The notes beneath the pieces are model-generated. The model did no database searches and was not told where the DNA came from. It saw nothing but the letters and a program-made list of their open reading frames with translations. A program made the position numbers and the translations under genes. Below, in pieces: positions 11,431 to 24,700 of a stretch of 64,000 nucleotides of DNA (the stretch's first letter is position 1; each line of letters opens with the position of its first letter). The stretch is from NCBI GenBank assembly GCA_002633005.1, contig NMRA01000551.1, positions 220,209 to 284,208 on the forward strand, given 5' to 3'. The DNA comes from Phoronis australis (lineage: Eukaryota; Animalia; Phoronida).

Positions 11431-14002
11431 TGAGTGGTTTATAGCAAAACTTGATTGTGTGACGAAGAAAGCGATTTTATCGCCACGTTAACCATGCTAC
11501 CCCTTGGCTGAACCAGTATTCATATCAACACGAAATAATTATGAAAATTTCTTGGGGTAGGGTACAACCCTCTCTCTCTCCTAGATTCCCGCTCAGGAAA
11601 GCAACTATTACTTCTTAGAAGAAAGATCTTGTAACGCAACTACTCGCAGAGAACTCCTCAGTTCAACTGGCACATCGTGTGCGTGTGGCTTTTGTTTTTA
11701 TATTGGGTTGGCTCAACATGTTAACGTAAAAAGTTCGGGGGTTTCTGATTATCAATTAATGTTCTAAGAAACTGATGCTTCAGTGAACTTTAGAGCCACT
11801 ACGGGAACGGTCATTGGCAACAACCGAGGAGGGTAAACGATCATGGCGAGAGGGGAGAATTATAAACTGCAAAAGACGGGGCAAAGGGTGTCTAGTGCCT
11901 GTGTGCAGCACAGTTTGAGGAAGTCGGATGTCGGATTTCTACAGAACTTCCTTTGTAAATCTAACCCTAAGTACGTCGTCACTGAGTTGACATTTTCACC
12001 AATTAAACCTGAAACTGTACAAAAATAATACCATGTTGTGTACATGTAATGCCACATCTTTTGCAACATAGATGGAATATAGATAACGTTAAACCCCCTT
12101 CTTCTGTAACTTTTTTGTATTTGGAAATGAACCAAGGCTTGCAAAGTATCGAATTCCCAAAGTGAACACTTTCCGTAGGGAATGAAATCAGAAAGGAATG
12201 GGATATTGTCAGAAAAGGAACCTTTGCGCATGCGTAGGGAAATTAATCGTCAAAAAGTGACTCATCTGAGGGACCAGTTGGCTCTGGTATGGCCGGGAAG
12301 GCTTCCTCTCACTGGGAACTGAAGCCAGGGCAGTGCCGGCCTGATACGTCGAGTTGATGTTGTACATCGTCCGAATATCTTGAATGACACCGTGGAGTAA
12401 AACTGTCAATGATTTCTACTGAGCCGATGACTAGACTTCATCAGAATATATGTACCGCAAGATTTGTTCGTTCACTAGCATGTCAACTCGTTTACCGCTG
12501 CTATAAAAACTACAATCTGCTTGGTGACTGAAAACTCTTGAGCTAATTTCTTCCCTTTTTTGAACCAGCTTAATTGTAAAAAATATTTTCCGTGACTAAA
12601 ATATGTCTTATAACTGTCCAGTGTCGTTGTCAATCTTGCTGTGGTGGTCAACAGTACAATAATGTGTAGATACAATTGTATATTGTAGGGCGCATTTTTG
12701 GTGAAACATACCATCACTGTATAGCTATGATATTCCATTGACACAACTTGCTTTCTTGGGTCAATTTGGCCAAGCTGAGTCACACGCTAAAATTTTAACC
12801 ACAGTATTACAACTTGCAACGCTGATCCAAACTGTCTTCAGAGGTTGTCGTCACAATTTGGACCTCCATAACGCATAATCAGAATTCTGGAGGCATTTTG
12901 AAGGCAGCTATGTATATGCATTCCCCGAAGTTTTATCTTCACTTCATGTGATCCACATTCTCAGCGGGGTGGGGCATTAGAATAAACAACGCAAACCGTG
13001 CCAACAGTTTCTATTTTAGTATGTAAAATTCTCGGTTGTGTGCTCATATTAATATCATTGCACACTTTAATAATAAAATAATTCCAAAATCCAAACTAAT
13101 TACACTTAGAAAATACCCGTATGCCAAGAAATATTACAGCTGCATTTCGCCTCTTTTGAAAAACGGAAAACGAATTAGGATTTTTACTCTCGTCTCGTCG
13201 TATTCCTTACCGTGATAGGACTCTATTAAAGTTACCAACAAGGATATGGAAAACTAAAAAAAAAACACTTCAGAGTTTATTGGGTGTTGGCCAACCCTGA
13301 AGCTACATTGAAAATGGCTGATGTCGCACTCGGGCGTCGATTAGGCACGCCCCCGTGATGAGACTATTCATCGTTCTATTTGGGAGCACCTCCACCCCAA
13401 TCAGAGCTGTTCGCAGAGGCTGAATGGCGAGTTGCTCTCAAAGTGATGATCAACATGGCAGTGTTGCATATCATTTTTTTGTAGAACCACTCATGCAGAT
13501 ACCAAAATATTTACCGAAACTATCGCCTTCAACAAGGAACTAACTCATGCTGAAAGCTGACTATAATGCCATGGTTGAGGATGGCGGATATTGTTCTGCG
13601 TGTGCTTACGGTCCCGTTTAGAGACTGCAAAGTCAGTTTTCTTAAGTTCGGCTGTAACAACATCATCTCTTGTGACTATGATTGCTGCACTACGATAACG
13701 CTTGTGCTCTCATAACAATTTACAGAAAAGCTGCATCTGTTTATGTCACGTGATTTAAATATTGGGTCACAAACTGTTGTTTTCGTGTTGTGACCCTCTG
13801 AAAATTAGTTCATTAAGAAAAACTATTTGTGTTCAAAGGTTTATCTGCTATGCCAACTATTTGTTCAAACAGCTTGTTCCGTGACTTTCCAGCTTTGGTG
13901 TGATACAAATGAACGTTTTGCCACCTTAACTAATATTTTAAGGTCACTGACACTCTGAGAAAGCGTAAGAATATACGTGGGATTCCAATGCACTACTTTT
14001 CT

Positions 14003-14119
14003 TCCATAATGGCGGCGTTACTTTCTGAAATTTGTTTTCGTGGTCATTTTTGATCTGACAACGCCTAGGGACGGGTATAGGTCCCCAATATACCTATCCG
14101 AAAGGAGAGACCAAAGCTT
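14003..14119 (+). promoter_or_regulatory. Candidate promoter and non-coding first exon of the zinc-finger gene
   Basis: YY1-like CCATAATGGCGGC at ~14004 and a donor CTT|GTAAGT at 14120. The coding exon at 15663 starts with an acceptor, so an upstream exon is expected. Confidence 0.35.
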
Positions 14120-15679
14120 GTAAGTATAGGACCATCCAGTAGTGTGAAACTTTGAAATTGATTGTCGGAGAAATGAATCGGGGTTGTCAGTCGCGTTTTT
14201 TGGCTCTTATCCATGGGCACCTGCAAGCGTTTCCTTTTTAACCTAAATACGAATGTTTGCAAAGATCATACTAGCTTACCTTTCATGATTTTTCTGCGCT
14301 TTCGTGTTGCCATATATATTTGTCATTTCTGTGCACCCTTGCTTTTTATCATGTCAATCTCTTTTTGCAAATGAAAAGCACCATTGGCTGTCTGACCTGC
14401 GTTCTGTCGCGTCGTCTCGTCCCGGGGTGAGAAACAAACAAGTACCTCATGTTTCTACCTTTTTACTTATCCAGTGAATTCCTTGTGTGTATATGACAGA
14501 ATATACACTATTCTGTTGAAAATTTTAACAAAACACGCACCTTCCTGTATTGTTGGAGTTAAGAAATTAGAGTAAAAGCACGACTGTGGTACTTCATTTT
14601 GACCATTTACGTGTATATACACTGAAGTGGTACTACCCATTTTCCTCAGTCATGTGGTATCTAAAAACCACAATTAGGAATTTGTTAAACATTCATCACG
14701 AATGTTTCTCATCTCAAGTTTATTGATAAGCTTTCCCACTGCGCTTGATTGTTTCAGTTGTCAAGCCATTACTTGAAGTTGATGAAACTGAAAGTAGCTG
14801 TACCATTAAGAATTGTTTCTGGTAAAACCCACTGGTTCTTATTAATTGTTTGTAAATTAATAAGTGGTATCAGCATAATCTATCAGTTTGTGAAAAATTA
14901 AAAGCAAGTCGAAAATAAACTAAAAAAAAATAGAATACACATTTTAGACTTCAGTACAAAATAGTTTCCACCTATCTTAAAAACCTAACTGTTGCAAACT
15001 GAACCTATAAATAATAAGTAGAAGCCCCTTGTCAACCCTATAGCCTGTGTCTTACTGGGACTAACAACAAGTTACGAGGGAGCGAATATCTGGAAGAGGA
15101 TTTCCAAAATGTGTTCAAATCCTTGACAGTGATTTTCATTCTGTTCACCAGTTGCTGTTGTGATGCTGCAATTCATGACTTTCAAGTATATTGCAAAGAT
15201 AGTTTGAACATTTTCCTTGCAAAACAGGGTCCCCCTGATAACTTTCATTTATTTTTTTAACATGCATCGGAATACTCAAGAAATGTACGACAACTTTGTG
15301 AGGTATTTTACAACCAGTGTTAAACTAAATTGTGACTGCGGTGTCAGTCGTGTGATCGTTGTAGTTGCCAAAAATCCTGAGTTTTGTCATAGAAGTGTCA
15401 CGTGGCATTTGCACAACATGGATGGTTAACTGTTCCTTGAACTTTGTGAAGTAAGAAGACAGTGCCATTCCAGGACAGTATACTTTTCGCAATAGTGTCT
15501 CTAACTTTCCCTAGCCTTTTGCAGACCAAAGCAATATAAGCTAGGTTCAATGGGACCTTTTGTGATTTGAAGTTAAGCAAACCACTTCGTAATGCGGTTT
15601 TGAAATATTAAGCACTTTTTCATACAATCTAAGATTGTAGGCTAATGCTGCAACTGTTTCAGGCCAGGCAGTAGTGGCG

Positions 15680-15793
15680 ATGGAGTCCCAGTTGGTTTAT
15701 CCATGTGATTTGTGCCAGAAGTACTTCTCGTCCACCCTGTACAGAGACAAGCATCGCCAGCGGCACTTTGACAACAACATGCAGTTGGCAAAG
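15680..15793 (+). CDS. ZnF gene coding exon 1: MESQLVYPCDLCQKYFSSTLYRDKHRQRHFDNNMQLAK (one C2H2 finger)
   Basis: Acceptor tgtttcag| at 15662, ATG at 15680 (GCGATGG context), donor AAG|gtaggg. Missed by the ORF track. Confidence 0.85.
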
Positions 15794-18700
15794 GTAGGGA
15801 GACATGAGTGCACTTGACTGATTGCGTAGGACTGATTGCTGTTACTGTCCTCTGGGGACAAGTTATTGCAAAATGCTAACATAAGTCCTTCTTCACTGTA
15901 AGGATTCAAAAAGTTAAAAGTGGTCCTTTTTGTCACCCCTTGCAAAGGAGAGTCTACATCTCAGAGACCCCTTGCAAAGGAGAGTCTACATCTCAGAGAT
16001 ACCTTGCAAAGGAGAGTCTACATCTCAGAGACCCCTTGCAAAGGAGAGTCTACATCTCAGAGACCCCTTGCAAAGGAGAGTCTACATCTCAGAGACCCCT
16101 TGCAAAGGAGAGTCTACATCTCAGAGACTATCTTGCATATAATGGGTAGGTAGTCAGGGCTATCAACTGTTACAATTTAGACATATTTTACCTAGACGTA
16201 GAGCAGAAAGGTCGTTGCGTGTGGGCTTTAAAAATGTTATGGATTTTGAACATTTAATTCTTTTTAAACAATGTTTTTGAAGCAAGATGAATGTTCAGGC
16301 AGAAATAAATAGTGTAAACAGCCGAGAGTTCATGTTTGACCAATGATATATATCGAAAGTACTGGCATATTGGGCTTCCCCTTTTGTGATGTGCTAAGTG
16401 TAATGATTGACTAATCAAAAACACACTGACTTAGCTTGGCATTGTGGGATACTATCTTGGAAATCATCAAAATGTCGAACACAGATTTTCGGAGATGATT
16501 ACATTTAGGAAACTGGGAAAGAAATTCACCATGTTGTTGAGAAATCATGGAGATTTGCTGAAACCTGTCAACTGGTGGAAATGAATCAACTATGCCAACA
16601 GCAATACAGCAAAGAGACGAGCTGAGATTTTAATGAAGCATTTTTAGTTGAATATGATGGATTTTTGTTGGCTTTGTGGTGTATTATGCTATCTTTTGGA
16701 AACAGTACAAGTTTTTTCTCTCAATGTATGGTCTTTTAGCTTGAAGTTTACAAAGGGGTTGGCATCCCTGGGTAAGGGAGTACGGTTTTACATTCAAAAT
16801 CAAGACTTAATGCATTACATAAGAAACCTGTAAAATGCGTACTCAAGACAATACCAAATGATGGAAAATCCCACGCAAATCAATATGACTTTCCATGCAG
16901 CAGAGGTCATCGGCCCAATGAATCCAGAGCCCTCACTCACCTGAGGGGAAAGGTGCCTGTACCTTCTAAAAAGAGAATTTTCATGACATTTTTACCAAGA
17001 TGAGAATTTTCGCGTCGTTTTATACTTAGAGGGGATTTTTTGTGTTGTTTAGTTTAGTGCACTAACATTACTTTTTATGCTTTCTCCAATAAGCATGTAT
17101 CAACTTTAAGTTGAACAATAAAAAGTAAGTCACTGTTACATCTATCAGTTTTTGTACAGTAAGCGAGTGAAGACCACCTGTTGTCACATGGCTGATTCAT
17201 TTGCCTTCGGCGGCCATTACTGTTGTGACACTGCTTAGCTTATGCAGGCAATACCACGACTATGGTTCATTTTCGCAGAATCACAGAACAATAGAGTTGT
17301 TAGTAAACATCCATCAAGGAAAATTACTTTCAAAACTAGCTATGATATATGCCAACATTACTAAGACCTTAAGGAAAAAGTGAGTTGAGCAATGTTTGTA
17401 AGGAACAGACCCCCACCTTGTGCCACAGAACCCACTTTACTGGCACAATAATGAAGGGTTTTAGCTAAACATTATTTTAAATTTCTCATAACAGGGGATA
17501 GTGTTGCGCATCCTCTAATTTGACCATTCAGTCCTTCTTCCACCGTAGTGAATAGACAAGAAGAGCAATGCTTAACTGAACTTAGCTGAAGTGTTGTTGA
17601 CCTCAGTGCCAGTGAATATTCCTGGTGAACTATCTGTTCAAACATGGTCTGCTTGAGACTGCTTCTGAGAGGAGTGCACAGCAAGTTAATCAGTCAAAAG
17701 ACACTTTCCTGTGTATGTTTCTATGCTCCGTCGCATGGGTTTTTGTAATTCTCTTGTAGAACTTGTTTGTGTTCCATTTTAAGTCGCAGACAAACAGGAG
17801 TTGTCTTTTAGTTTTGTGTTTTCAATACGCAAGAGTTAAATAATGAAAAACTGGTTCTAGCACTCCTGTATGTGGTACTTGCTTTATATGGAAACAAATT
17901 TGTGACATTTCTGATATCTCATGGCCTCGTGATTAAAGTCATTAGATTTGAATACAATATTTTAAGGTAGTCTGAGGTTAAAACCACGAAGGGAATTTTT
18001 TGACCTGATAACGGAAATTTTGCGTGATTTTTAAATATTTTTGAGAGGGGGAATGGGGCTGATATTCATCCCCAATTTCGAGTGATCAAAGGCTCTGGAA
18101 TCTGACGGTGGCTGATTTGCAGATGTAATTCATGTCATCCCTGTTTCCTCATCAAGTTAGGTGTTCAGAATGGGGAACAGCAAAATGTTTCACAAAATTG
18201 TAAAGAGGACCACGCCCTGTGTTTTGGCCATAAGTGTTAGCAGATATATTTAGGTCACATCAAGGCTATTAGGTGTACAAAAAATTATGAGATCCACAAA
18301 TTTTGAGAAATGTAACTTGGCGATGACTATACATTTTACATCTTTAGGACACTCAATTAAAGAAAATTGATACGACAATCAAAATTTAAAAATTTAAGTA
18401 TGTTTGTCAATGTTTGAGCATAGTATCTAAAAACTTAGCATGCTCAAAACAGAACACAGCATTCTCTGTCAAGTCACTTTTTTAATCTGATTCACCCCGA
18501 GGGCCAGATGTGTGAGTTTTTAAGCTTTTTGGGGGAAAGAATATTTATGGATGGTATCTGGAGTGCCGATGGAGAGATTTCATTGAAACTTGACATGGAG
18601 GTATGTGATGGCTATGTGCCAGGACCAGTTGATATTTGGGCGCATTCCACATCTACAGCATCCCCTAGGGGGTTTTTCAGCCATACTTTTGGAGGGTAAG

Positions 18701-21700
18701 AGCAGTTCCGGATGATGTCTAGAGAACAAGTTGGCGGATTTTAATGAAACTTGATACAGAGGTTTTGATAACAATGCACGGGCACCTGTAAATTCATGAA
18801 AGTCCAGGTCTATACTGTGATGAGTTAGGTCTTGGGATAAATAAATTGAACTGGGACCAAAAGTCCAAATGTCTTAACTTGCTTATTGCTGATCTCCCAA
18901 TACTTTCCAATTCATTGCGTAGGCTTTCAAACTCGACGCCATTAAGGCAAACTCATCATGACAAAATTCAAACTCATCCCAGTGACAAGTCAAAACATGT
19001 GAACTCTGGAATCTATTCCATTCCCATACTAGAAGTCATGTGATAGACAAGCTGGTATGCCCTGCTGTGTTGGGACCTCCAACTTGTGAGAAGAGTGCCA
19101 TCTTGTGCTTAGAACAAACTTCTTCAGCGCCATGGTTTGCACTCATACACATGCCTGGTAAAAAGTTATGACTTTTTTAAATCAGAATTCATGTTATGTA
19201 AATTATGAAGCAAGGTGCGCAAAATGGAAGAGAAATAATTGTAAACTAAAACCATTATCTGAACTTGGAGGTGGGATGGAGCAGGCCTGGGATGGAGTTG
19301 GGTTGGAGTGGGGAGAGAACTACAACTTGTACAGTAAATGGGTCATCTATTGGACAAAGTCAGCGGTGTTAACATTATTCAAGACTGGCAAATGTAAAAT
19401 ATAGGTAACCCACCTTTCTTTTAGATAAACTTGTGAAAAAAATGTGGACGTGGCTCTGCTCTCGTGAACTCTCGAGTGTGTTTCTTTGCTAACGATTCTC
19501 AACTCCATCACTGACAACCTGTTCTATTGGATTCAGGTCTTGTTGCATCATTCAAATGGCTACACAAGGGTCAAAACCTTGGCATCCACTGTAAAATATG
19601 TAGCACATGTCTATGTTTATCCTTTTATTTCTTGAAAATTGGTTAAGTTCTGACAAAATGATCAACTAGCAATGATGTTAGCAATGATGTTATTAGTTAT
19701 GGTAATAATTCAACACTTAGGAAAGTGCATCCTTAGACATTGCATTGGATGTTCTGGAAATATTTGGAATTGCTACTTGGCATTACTGGTGTATAAATAT
19801 GACAAGCTTTAGGATCTGGTAAGTCATGACCTTATAACCTTAAAGTCCTTGTTGCAAACTGCCCATGTGGTTCCAATATCCGAAAATACTTACTACATAA
19901 ATTCTTATTTTCGACACCCTTTCTTTATATTCTTTTCGCCTTTCTTGCCAAAAGCGATTTTGTAACGGTATTTGACCCTTCTCTCTGAGCGTATGATTAC
20001 CGGTTGTCATCGGTTATTTCCGTACCCACATTTCCGGCTCATCAGTTCAGGAACTTGTCCTGAACGCCGCCATTTTTTCCTTGTAACTGAATGTGCTATG
20101 GCTTGCTCGAANNNNNNNNNNNNNNNNNNNNNNNNNNNNNNNNNNNNNNNNNNNNNNNNNNNNNNNNNNNNNNNNNNNNNNNNNNNNNNNNNNNNNNNNN
20201 NNNNNNNNNNNNNNNNNNNNNNNNNNNNNNNNNNNNNNNNNNNNNNNNNNNNNNNNNNNNNNNNNNNNNNNNNNNNNNNNNNNNNNNNNNNNNNNNNNNN
20301 NNNNNNNNNNNNNNNNNNNNNNNNNNNNNNNNNNNNNNNNNNNNNNNNNNNNNNNNNNNNNNNNNNNNNNNNNNNNNNNNNNNNNNNNNNNNNNNNNNNN
20401 NNNNNNNNNNNNNNNNNNNNNNNNNNNNNNNNNNNNNNNNNNNNNNNNNNNNNNNNNNNNNNNNNNNNNNNNNNNNNNNNNNNNNNNNNNNNNNNNNNNN
20501 NNNNNNNNNNNNNNNNNNNNNNNNNNNNNNNNNNNNNNNNNNNNNNNNNNNNNNNNNNNNNNNNNNNNNNNNNNNNNNNNNNNNNNNNNNNNNNNNNNNN
20601 NNNNNNNNNNNNNNNNNNNNNNNNNNNNNNNNNNNNNNNNNNNNNNNNNNNNNNNNNNNNNNNNNNNNNNNNNNNNNNNNNNNNNNNNNNNNNNNNNNNN
20701 NNNNNNNNNNNNNNNNNNNNNNNNNNNNNNNNNNNNNNNNNNNNNNNNNNNNNNNNNNNNNNNNNNNTTAAGTCATAGAAAGTACATACTTTGATCATTG
20801 TCATGTATTTGTCTCATACTGCTTGATAAACGCTGTCAGAATAATCTATTATTTTCATACAGTCTTTGTGCACATTCACAGAGATCATTCAACTACCGGT
20901 ATATTGTTTTTGTACTATAACGTATTTCTGGTGTATTATGCAAACAAGCTGTATTTTACACCATTAGTCAATGTTTTAGTCATTGAGGCACAAATTTTGC
21001 CCAGTCTCAAGTGTTTTGTGTTATTTTTGTTGCCTGACAATGCCAGAATAACTTCCTAGTAACATTCAGACTTAGTTTGCATTTTTGCCACTAGGTGTCT
21101 CTACGTTTTTTAAATTTCACTGTTTATAATTAATTTACAATAGTAAAACGTGTAATGTGAGTGTAATATTGTTCAATACAATGGCACTGATGGGACCATA
21201 TTACTTGTTTTACAAAAAGTCACTGTTGAAGCAGCAATGTCAATTCAGTGAATTTTTATCAATACCAGGATGTGAACATGTGTTTTCTGTGACGTGGGCG
21301 GCACCCACCTCAGTTATTCCCACACAAAAAGAGATGTACTTTTTATTTGAAAGAGCGTGATTTGCTCCTTAGCATGGCGTGACCACACTCTATACATTGC
21401 ACACTATCTACGAGCGAGTTGCGTGACAATGCCAAGAGGCTCATTTACAAATTTAATTTAATTTTTTAAGTTGAGGATAGGGGACCTGTAGATTATTGAC
21501 ATATCTCAAAAGTTCGTAACTCCTGTTTTGGATATTTTTTGAATGACTGCTTGGGTGCATATGGAGGAGTACATCACTTAAAGGCCTGCCATTGCAAAGT
21601 AGTTCCTGCTACGATCTCGAAAAGGGGGGGGACATGTGGGAACTAACTTAGTATTGTACGATTTGAGTATGTCCCTGGGGTATGGGGTTGCGTTGGAGGT

Positions 21701-24700
21701 ATGTTTTGCCGATCCCCATTTCATGAAGATGTTAAGACGGTCTTATTTCTTGAGTACAAGTTTGCTGTGATGTAGCTTTTAGATTTTTTTAGCAGTGACC
21801 AGGGGCGCCTTAGATTTCAATAGTGGAATTATGATGTGGCTAGTGCTAGTTAAATAACGCTCGTGCCACTAAGATCTCACTTGTGCTTCGAGAGTCGGCT
21901 TGAGTGCATAAAACAGTGAAAGTGCAGCCGCTGAAAGCGATTGTATAGCTGCCCTGGTGCAATGAGTTATGGGAGTAAGTTGTAAGTGTCTTAATCAGGG
22001 ACTCTCTGAACCAAATTTGTTGAATCGCAGTGCACTACCCATTTGTAATTCCCTACAGTGATGACTTAAGGAGAGTAAGTGATCAAAAAGAAAGAGAAAC
22101 CTTGACTAGACTTTAGAAAAAGTGGAATTCAATATTTTTAAAACCCTAAATAAAGCAAATGGGACATAGGTTCTCCTCACTAAGTTATCCGGGTGATGGC
22201 AGGGTATTCGCTTCAATTGGTGGAATAACTTGACAATGACTTATACAAAATACTTGAATTCAGCAAACATCCAACAATGAGTTACAGTCAGAAGAATGAG
22301 TTGTGTTAAGTGTAACTGCAACTAAATACGTGTAAGGACTTCCTGTTGTCTGGGTTTACGGATGCACAGTTACCAAGACAGCGACTGAGTTATGCCTACC
22401 ACTGAGTTGCATTGGTGATATGGCAGAAAGTGTCAGAGTTGGATGCTCTTCTCAAGATATTGTGCATAAAAATTATCAAATGTTTAAGCCTCATTGTATC
22501 CCAACTCCTGGTAAGCACTCCGCTTCAGTTCAAGTTAAAAATTAATGACGCGACCCACGACGTCCTCTGATTTTGGCGTTCCCCGAAGTGAGCGTCACAC
22601 TTGGAAACATGTACTGTCTTTGCCAGTATGAGTACCAATTGTTATTAATAACTGCATGAAGTGTTGAAATATTCTTGAAAACTAGTCTCTAAGTTACTTT
22701 GGTAGAGCATAAAATCATAAATATTTTTAAAATCATGAAAAAGTCCTTAGTTTCGAACATTTGATTGTCAGGAAAGGCTAAGTAGCGGGAATATACATGC
22801 CAGCTGTTATATCAGACTCACTGTCAAATAAAAGTGTGGTGACATTTTGAAACAATGGTTACGACTACAAGTAAATATCCAACATTGATAGCTAATTACA
22901 TATTTTTGAATTGTAAGTTATCCATTAAATATATCAATCACATGTCGATATTTTGTCGCAAAATAACACTATCAATGTCTTGATCGGGTTTGTTTTAAGA
23001 AATCCCTACGTCCCACGGACTCGAAGACGGTTGATTTCCTTGTGTATTTTCGTCATGAGCACAGTGTCCTTGTTTCTGTGTTATAAACGTAGTTTACTGT
23101 TGACAAGTGTCTCATGGTTAAGTGTCGTTTCTGAATTGGTTTTCTTGCTTGTCCACTCTTTGTGACTTGTACCATTCTCTGTGACTTAAGTCCATCTGAC
23201 TGACTTTTCATGTTGGCATCATTTTACAGAAGGCTGAGTCCCTTGGATCGCCCCCACCACCCATAGCTGTGGCCATCCCACCACCCATAGCTGTGTCCAT
23301 CCCACCGCAGACAGTGGCAATAAAGGTAAGCATTGCTAGATGATGACACACTATACAGTGATATGTACCTAGATCTTAAAAGCCTAGTCGACACTTGGAA
23401 GATCAAGTCACCCAGCTTAAAATTAGGTTGCCCAGTTTTTAGATAGAGTATGTATCAGGAGTCAGAAGTCCTGTTTCAGCATAGCCTACAAACTTTTTGC
23501 TAAACCTTTATTTGTTGGGCAGATGTTTCCATCTATTCAAGTCATCTTATAAAAGTGATAATTCCTGTCCTACTAAAAAATTGCTTTTGGCCTGCTGAGA
23601 GATTTCCCGCAGTGCAGAAGATAGCGTACCTGGATTGTGACTTAGATGCATTACGCACTGACCTAAATTCTAAAACCTTTCGAGGTGACTAGATCCATGT
23701 TCTGTGGTTTAGGGCAGGCACGATGCATATAGTTACTTTTTGGTGTAGTTTGAGTGACCGTGTTGGAAAAAGTCATGCACAGTCTTCATGTAACTCTTGA
23801 TATGGCATCAAGCATTCAGTCCATGTAGTCCATTCTACACATGTTTCACATGTCTCTACTTCCACCTCCGCCTTAGTTGGCCATGTCAGTATACTCCCGA
23901 GTTCCCAATAGTTGTAGAGACAGCAATAATAGTACAGACCAGAAAGTTTCACGAGTTCTAATAATAGTAGAGTTTCTAACAACATTTTTGCCACTAGAAA
24001 AGTAGAATAATAGTATAGACCGGATATTGGCGGAAAAATTAATAATAGTATAGAATGGAATCATGGTATAGATGGCACATTTGTGGAAATTTAAACATAG
24101 TATAGACTGGAATAATGATATTGATTACAAATTTGGGTAAAATCTAGTAATGATAGAGAAGGGAATAATTGTGCAAAACAGCAAATTCTAGGAAATAATG
24201 GTGTAGATGAAAATTTTGTGGAAAATTAAAAATAGAATAGACTGGAATAATAATGCTGATTACAAATTTGCGTAAAATCTAGTAACTGTAGATGGAAATA
24301 ATAGAAAGTGCAAAATCTAATGATATAGATGGGAATAATAGTGCAAAGGAGCAAATTCTGTCTGACTTACCACCGCTTTAAGTAATTGTTTCAAAGAAAA
24401 ACCTTTAAACTGAACATTAGCATAATTAAATTATTGCAGTGATGTATCCACACATGCCATAACATAGTACAGTGAAGTGGAATAAAAGTGTCATTGCTAA
24501 ATCAAAGACTATTTGTTTATTCAATAACTTAAAAGGGAAGTCTATATAGATGTGTTTCAAATAGTATGTGGAATCATTTTACTCAAAAAAGAATGAGACA
24601 TGCATACTAGAGATGCCAATGTTGACTAAGTCGCAATCTACAGGTCGCAATTTTCGTCCGATTCGCACGAAATTCGCACACGACGTGTAGATCCAGAAGT

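Noticed and set aside
11740-12420. GC-richer segment with an NRF1-like TGCGCATGCG site and short ORFs, a possible divergent gene
   Set aside because: There is no recognisable protein and no consistent splice pair. It could be a lncRNA, but the sequence alone does not support that.
15920-16153. Repetitive ORFs in all three + frames
   Set aside because: They are translations of the 32-bp minisatellite.
18817-18892. C/D-box snoRNA-like GTGATGA...CTGA in a ZnF intron
   Set aside because: There is no terminal stem and no recognisable rRNA/snRNA guide, and it overlaps a probable transposon edge.
2884-20804. Long ORFs filled with X (around 2884-3636, 7419-8063, 9052-9550, 19972-20804)
   Set aside because: They are artefacts of N gaps lacking stop codons.
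22264-22510. Possible extra ZnF exon ending at CTG|gtaagc
   Set aside because: The frame compatible with the next exon has an upstream stop and no convincing acceptor or start.
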